From: Glycera tridactyla
Taxonomy: Eukaryota
Assembly (NCBI GenBank): GCA_965644265.1
Contig: OZ286473.1
Span: forward strand, 45,880,001 to 45,944,000
Reading direction: 5' to 3'
Length of the DNA stretch: 64,000 bases
Shown in pieces: positions 58,301-64,000 of this stretch. The notes under the pieces are model-generated. The model searched no databases, had not been told where the DNA came from, and saw only the letters and a program-made list of their open reading frames with translations. The stretch's first letter is position 1. Each line of letters begins with the position of its first letter. Both the position numbers and the translations under genes were made by a program.

Positions 58301-59079
58301 AACCTTTCGTCCTCCCTACTCAACTTCCTCACTGATTGCCCAGTGATACACTGTTTGTGAGACTATGACGATGTATATGTTCCAGATGAATGAGAGGTAC
58401 TTGGGTGAGAGTGCATGTCTGTTTGTTGGTTTGACAGTACCACTTCCAAAGCCTGGTGGTTCTTATTTCCCCACTGCTGCTATATTAGCTATTTACGGGT
58501 GACAGGTCTGATCCTGGCAAGTTGTACCCTACGCCTGCTATTGGATTTTGAACCCTCCTTCATTGTGCTTGCATGTGCATGTATGCCAAGGAGAGGTATC
58601 AGAGTAACAAGGTCTTTGTAGTCACTTATTTTCCCCAACTGCAACGTACTGCGTATTTGGCATAAGACATTACCTTCCCTCATATAATTCCTTCTGTCCT
58701 ATTTATCGGTGCTCGGGGCAGGGGTTGAGTGGTTGTTGGTTGGTTGATTGTCTCACTTTCTGTGAGCACCATTTTCGCTATATAGAGACTCCCACGCAAT
58801 GGACATGAGTTGTATCTTTCAAACCTCCTCATTCTCGGTCGATAACGGGAGGTGAAAATTCATGGAATCCACCGGCACCCAGGGTGCAATCAGAGAGTCT
58901 CTGGTGCAATTTCTGGTATCAAAAATGTTCACCACTATCTTACAAACGAAAATGGTATTGGTTTATATGGCCCCAACTAGGTCAGATATTGTGGCGCCAT
59001 TTCTCTGGATCTCCACTTGTCCGCGCGCGCGCGCGTGTGTGTGTGTGTGTGTGTGTGTGTGAGTGTGTGGGGTGCATTG

Positions 59080-59264
59080 GTGGGGTAGCGAGTAAGGAGC
59101 ACTGGCAGTGTGTTGATGGTGATGGGTGCCGTACTCAGAGGTCGTGGGTTCAAACCCCAGATGAAACCCAAAAATTGGGCTTGGGCATTTGACACATTTC
59201 ACAGACCTGTTGCCTGAGCATCATGTCACTAACATGGAAATAATCAAAAAGTGTGTGTATGCGT

Positions 59265-59311
<47 letters not shown>

Positions 59312-59330
59312 TGTGTGCGTCAGTGTGTTT
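59080..59330 (+). mobile_element. tRNA-headed SINE-like repeat with (TG)n tail
   Basis: GGGTTCAAACC B box; body nearly identical to the 57540 copy; (TG)n tail. Confidence 0.6.
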
Positions 59331-59894
59331 GTGAGTGTGTATAGGGGGGTCAGGGTGGTCAGGTCGAGGCGACACACTGCGTCTTTGAACAGACAATGCT
59401 ATAAACACTGATTCGTGGATAATACAGATGCAACACATTCATACATCAATTACACTATCAACACTATCCTTGCTATGGAATGTCGTGAAAGCATCTTCAG
59501 CACGATTTGGGGTGGAATTCCAACCCACAAATACCACGTGTCAACCATCTCGCTTAATTTGTAATCATCTGTAAGATAGGCATCACTTTTCTCTTACAAC
59601 GTCTCGGAACATATATCTCAAATGGACGTCGAATAATTACAGATAACCCTTCATGAACATTAATTCTGGCGATATAATTCTACGGTGCTATTGAAACAGT
59701 CGAAAGTCAAATCTACCCATACAAAGACTGCCTGTAAAAGGAGACCTCTCCTGAGTTTATTGCATACTATATAACACACCTCCGAATTCTATGAACCACT
59801 CCCCTACAAGGGTTATCTACCAACAAGAATCATTAGAATGACAAGGAATACCGTCTGTAGATAGGATTGATTCATCTCTTTTCTACACAATTTG

Positions 59895-60070
59895 ATGATT
59901 GGCTGTTTGTTTGTTTGTTTGTTTAAGTTAACGTCCTTCCAACCACTTTTGCTTATATCAGACTGGAAATGCTGAAGAAAAGAGGCACCGCTGCCGGGGC
60001 CGACCCTACTCTTTGCGAAAGACAGCAGTGGTTCACTGGCGTGCAAACAGGAAAATATTCTTATACACAC
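59895..60070. repeat. Second (GTTT)n-bounded dispersed repeat, related to 56290-56460
   Basis: Both copies share gctgaag..aagagg.accgc...cgggg...cc..ctctt.gc.aa.ga.a.cagtgg. Confidence 0.45.
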
Positions 60071-60089
60071 GGCCGGCCTTTGAAATTGG

Positions 60090-60480
60090 CTGATTGATTG
60101 ATGGATTGATTGATTGATTGATTAAAGCCCATAAACAGATAGTAACACAAAGGATCATATGTGTCACATATTTCTCACCAATGAGAGTTGGATGCTCCGT
60201 CCCCTGGATGCATCACTCACACAAACCCTAAACATAAGATGATGACGAACAAGGAAGATTGTCAAGTGGAATTTGCTGATAGTTCGTAAACCTTTACATA
60301 CATACAACGTTGAATCCATTGATGACATATCTTATGTAACAGGTTGGAAGTTGACACACAAGCCTGATAGCTTCTATGAACAAAGCTCATAACTCGAAAT
60401 AAGGGAGAGCGTTCACTTATAAACTGTCAGCTTCCAACCAGTTCCACTTGAATAGTTGCCCTACGCTTTCAATATGAAAG
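60090..60480 (-). repeat. Diverged copy of the (AAAC)n-tailed family
   Basis: aaccctaaacataagatgatg...gtcaagtggaa...tatgtaacaggttggaag shared motifs. Confidence 0.45.
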
Positions 60481-60602
60481 TCACCACACTTTCAAGTAAA
60501 CCTATTTGGAACACTGGTAATCCGGAAGTCATGTGTCACATATGCATTTTGATGCCTCCACGCATTCCATTTGCTGAAACCTACACACACACAGAGCTAG
60601 TG

Positions 60603-60847
60603 TTAAGAAGGTAGAATGATTTCACATACAGAACCCGCAGGTATAGAACAGTTCGCATTCTCGAACATATAAGCGTAGGAAGTGGACTGCATGAGCCAGA
60701 TGCAAGTGCCCTCAAATGGCCGCCGTTGGATGCCCCAGTTCCGGTGGTGTAGCGAGATCTCGGCTAAAGTGTCCGCCCAAACGAACTGCGATATTCGTTC
60801 TAGATATCTACCGCCTATCCACCATCCTTCCCAGCCATCGAATAGTG
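60603..60847 (-). CDS. Gene A C-type lectin domain, C-terminal half and stop
   Basis: WWIGG (WIGL-like motif)...FVWAD...NW...CIWL...NC...VCE, then TAA at 60603-60605; tatttgcag| acceptor in phase 1. Confidence 0.88.
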
Positions 60848-63800
60848 CTGCAAATACAGAATGTAGATTTTGAAGTTGATTTACTTTTGGGTAGGAACCG
60901 AAGCTGTATTCGTCAGTCACTGGCGCCGTTTCGGTCTTCGACAGCTACCTCAGTGGGTTTTTCTTGATGAATGCTTCATGAAGGCTAAATCCATAAGCAC
61001 TGTCTCANNNNNNNNNNNNNNNNNNNNNNNNNNNNNNNNNNNNNNNNNNNNNNNNNNNNNNNNNNNNNNNNNNNNNNNNNNNNNNNNNNNNNNNNNNNNN
61101 NNNNNNNNNNNNNNNNNNNNNNNNNNNNNNNNNNNNNNNNNNNNNNNNNNNNNNNNNNNNNNNNNNNNNNNNNNNNNNNNNNNNNNNNNNNNNNNNNNNN
61201 NNNNNNNNNNNNNNNNNNNNNNNNNNNNNNNNNNNNNNNNNNNNNNNNNNNNNNNNNNNNNNNNNNNNNNNNNNNNNNNNNNNNNNNNNNNNNNNNNNNN
61301 NNNNNNNNNNNNNNNNNNNNNNNNNNNNNNNNNNNNNNNNNNNNNNNNNNNNNNNNNNNNNNNNNNNNNNNNNNNNNNNNNNNNNNNNNNNNNNNNNNNN
61401 NNNNNNNNNNNNNNNNNNNNNNNNNNNNNNNNNNNNNNNNNNNNNNNNNNNNNNNNNNNNNNNNNNNNNNNNNNNNNNNNNNNNNNNNNNNNNNNNNNNN
61501 NTATGGCAAAAAGATGCAAAGAACGGGATGAAAGTTTTCTACAAGGACCAACTTCAGTCGAGTGACTTTTGTGACAATGTGGTCTCTTTGGAAAAGTGGT
61601 TCATCGTGAAACTCCCATTGCAGTCACCTACTACGAGTAACCCTTTAGGACAGGTGGTTGGTTGAGTATGTTTTGATGTTAGATCACTGTCATGTATGAT
61701 AGATTATGACGACCATGCAATGTATATGGGTGGCAAATATACAGGGGTAATTTAGCGAACCAAATGATCAGGTTCAACTTTACTCACGAGTAACAGAGCT
61801 GAGAAGACCAGCGAGGTAGAGGCGTTTGTCGACGGAATCGATCCGAGCTAGGTGCGCATGCGCGTCTATCCGTCGACAGTAAGCTTCCGCTTCCGTGTAG
61901 GTGCGTGCGCCGTGCGGGTCCGAGTGAATGCGGAAGCATGAAGAAATCCCATCAGCCTTGCGAAATCCCACCGGACAGGAGGCTACAATGAATTAAGGTA
62001 ATTTTTGTATGGGCAGGAACTGATTGCGATGAGCCCATCATATTGTCATCTTGGTGGAATCGGTCAACGTGTAGATCATGACAGTGAAAAGATGTATCCT
62101 CAGGGAAAGCATGGAGCAGTATCTGNNNNNNNNNNNNNNNNNNNNNNNNNNNNNNNNNNNNNNNNNNNNNNNNNNNNNNNNNNNNNNNNNNNNNNNNNNN
62201 NNNNNNNNNNNNNNNNNNNNNNNNNNNNNNNNNNNNNNNNNNNNNNNNNNNNNNNNNNNNNNNNNNNNNNNNNNNNNNNNNNNNNNNNNNNNNNNNNNNN
62301 NNNNNNNNNNNNNNNNNNNNNNNNNNNNNNNNNNNNNNNNNNNNNNNNNNNNNNNNNNNNNNNNNNNNNNNNNNNNNNNNNNNNNNNNNNNNNNNNNNNN
62401 NNNNNNNNNNNNNNNNNNNNNNNNNNNNNNNNNNNNNNNNNNNNNNNNNNNNNNNNNNNNNNNNNNNNNNNNNNNNNNNNNNNNNNNNNNNNNNNNNNNN
62501 NNNNNNNNNNNNNNNNNNNNNNNNNNNNNNNNNNNNNNNNNNNNNNNNNNNNNNNNNNNNNNNNNNNNTTGTTTGTCTGTCTGTCTCTGTCTGGTTATCT
62601 ATCTGTTTTCAATACAGCAGTTTTCAAAATTATTCTCATGTCAACATACTGCTTAATCAGCCACATCGATGATCCCCTGTGACCCGCGCTACATTCATTG
62701 ATATTTCTTTGCATCCCGACCTTTTAGAGCTCAAAGGCGTAATTCTTTGCTCACTCCGACGGCAAGAAAAACATACGTGTTAGGAACACGCGTTGCACAT
62801 GTACAGACGTACCTAGGCAGCCCCTGTCATCATCTGCCAGTGTGTAGAGTTCTCGGCAGACACACTGGTGAGATCCTTCCAAGTTGATACAGTTCTGCTG
62901 GCATCCGCCATTATCACTCAGACACTCGTTCTCATCTGAAAGCATGTAGAGTTCCGTTTATGTTAGGCGGGTTTAAGAGTATATTGATTGATGGATTGAC
63001 TGGCTAGCTGATCGACTGATTGACTGAACGACTCTCATTCGCCCAATTATCGTTTGCAAACTGATTGATTGACTGATTGATAGATTGATTGATTCATTAA
63101 TTGATTTATTGATTTATTGACCGACTTACTGATCGATTGATTGATTGGTTGATTGATTATATAATCGAATAAATCCAATGTCTAACTGACTGGTTGATTG
63201 ATTGATGAATTGATTTACCATATGATTGAACGTTTGAATGATAAAGCAATCTATCGATAAAATGATGGGTCAATCGATTGATGACAGAGTAAAAGGTGTA
63301 TGGATTGACCGACTCAATGATGGATTGACTGACTGATTGATCATGTGACTTGATTGTTGTTCCATACATTGTTTGTCTCATTGACTTGCTTAGAGATCCA
63401 ATGACGTGGTGAATGACTGACAGAGGGATTGATTGATCGATTGATTGATTGGTTTGCCGATCGATTGATCGATTCAAATCAATTCATTTATTGATAGATT
63501 GATGGATGAATTCATCCATTATCCATTATTTCATTCATTTATTCATTCATTCGTTCATCTGCTCATTCGTTCATTGATACATTGATTGATTCATTCATTT
63601 ATCAATCCATCCATTCATCCATCCATCTATTCATTCATTCATCCATTCATTCATTCATTCATTTATCTATCCATTCATCCATCCCTTTATTCATTCCATC
63701 ATCTAACATGCATTCATTTATCCATCCATTCATCCACCGAATTTTGACCGTCAGTAATCTCAATTCCCTCGATAATGTCTACCTACCCACACATGACACC

Positions 63801-63909
63801 CCATCTGTATCAACTTGATATCCGGGGCGACAGCTACAGTTATACGAGCCATTCGTATTGACACATGTGTCCTCACAAAAAAAGGTACCACTTGCGCATT
63901 CATCGATAT
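60603..63909 (-). CDS. Gene A, 3' part: EGF-EGF-C-type lectin domain protein (5' end beyond the window)
   Basis: Four phase-1 exons with canonical sites: 63787-63909, 62813-62935, 61788-61982, 60603-60847, ending CEIILPS-TAA. Confidence 0.88.
61788..61982 (-). CDS. Gene A C-type lectin domain, N-terminal half
   Basis: SCPVGF...SSCFRI...TYTEAEAYCRR...HLARIDS (long-form CTLD pattern); cattgtag| and C|gtgagt. Confidence 0.88.
62813..62935 (-). CDS. Gene A Ca-binding EGF exon
   Basis: DENECLSDNGGCQQNCINLEGSHQCVCRELYTLADDDRGCL; ctttcag| and G|gtacgt; 123 nt, phase 1-1. Confidence 0.92.
62980..63740. repeat. (GATT)n/(CATT)n degenerate tetranucleotide tract in the EGF-EGF intron of gene A
   Basis: Visible runs. 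Confidence 0.9.
63787..63909 (-). CDS. Gene A Ca-binding EGF exon
   Basis: DIDECASGTFFCEDTCVNTNGSYNCSCRPGYQVDTDGVSCV; ttttgcag| and G|gtaggt; 123 nt, phase 1-1. Confidence 0.92.
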
Positions 63910-64000
63910 CTGCAAAATAAAGATGATAGATGACAGTAATGATGATAATGATAGTAATTATAGCAGAAGTATTCATATTAAGAAGGGGAATGGGAAGAGG

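Noticed and set aside
36646-60603. Genes A and B as one EGF-CTL-iGluR fusion gene
   Set aside because: The CTL exon ends in an in-frame TAA with no nearby donor, and gene B has its own ATG/signal-peptide exon.

Overview
Draft-assembly window (11 N-gaps) from an AT-rich, intron-containing animal genome, probably an invertebrate (inference). I can assemble two spliced genes by hand, both on the minus strand. Gene B (ATG 36646 to stop 9214; up to 17 exons, about 615 aa if all tentative exons are used) encodes a signal peptide, a Ca-binding-type EGF module, an unassigned ~100-aa segment, a Ser/Thr-rich stalk built from tandemly duplicated 42-nt microexons, and a complete ionotropic-glutamate-receptor (iGluR) ligand-binding domain. 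In that domain S1 is joined directly to S2 by ~10 residues inside one exon, so M1-M2-M3 (the pore) are absent. M4 and the cytoplasmic tail are replaced by a short hydrophobic C-terminus resembling a GPI-anchor signal. This pore-less, possibly GPI-anchored iGluR-like binding protein is the most striking feature. Gene A (enters from beyond 64000, stop at 60603) ends in EGF-EGF-C-type-lectin domains. The rest is intronic or intergenic repeat: two CR1/L2-group LINE remnants, a ~6.2-kb TG...CA element with a 4-bp target-site duplication that split a 71-bp minisatellite, TA-flanked MITEs, palindromic MITEs, tRNA-derived and (AAAC)n-tailed SINE-like repeats, four minisatellites and many microsatellites. 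All exon chains are manual predictions from splice sites and reading phase; no transcript evidence or database search was available.
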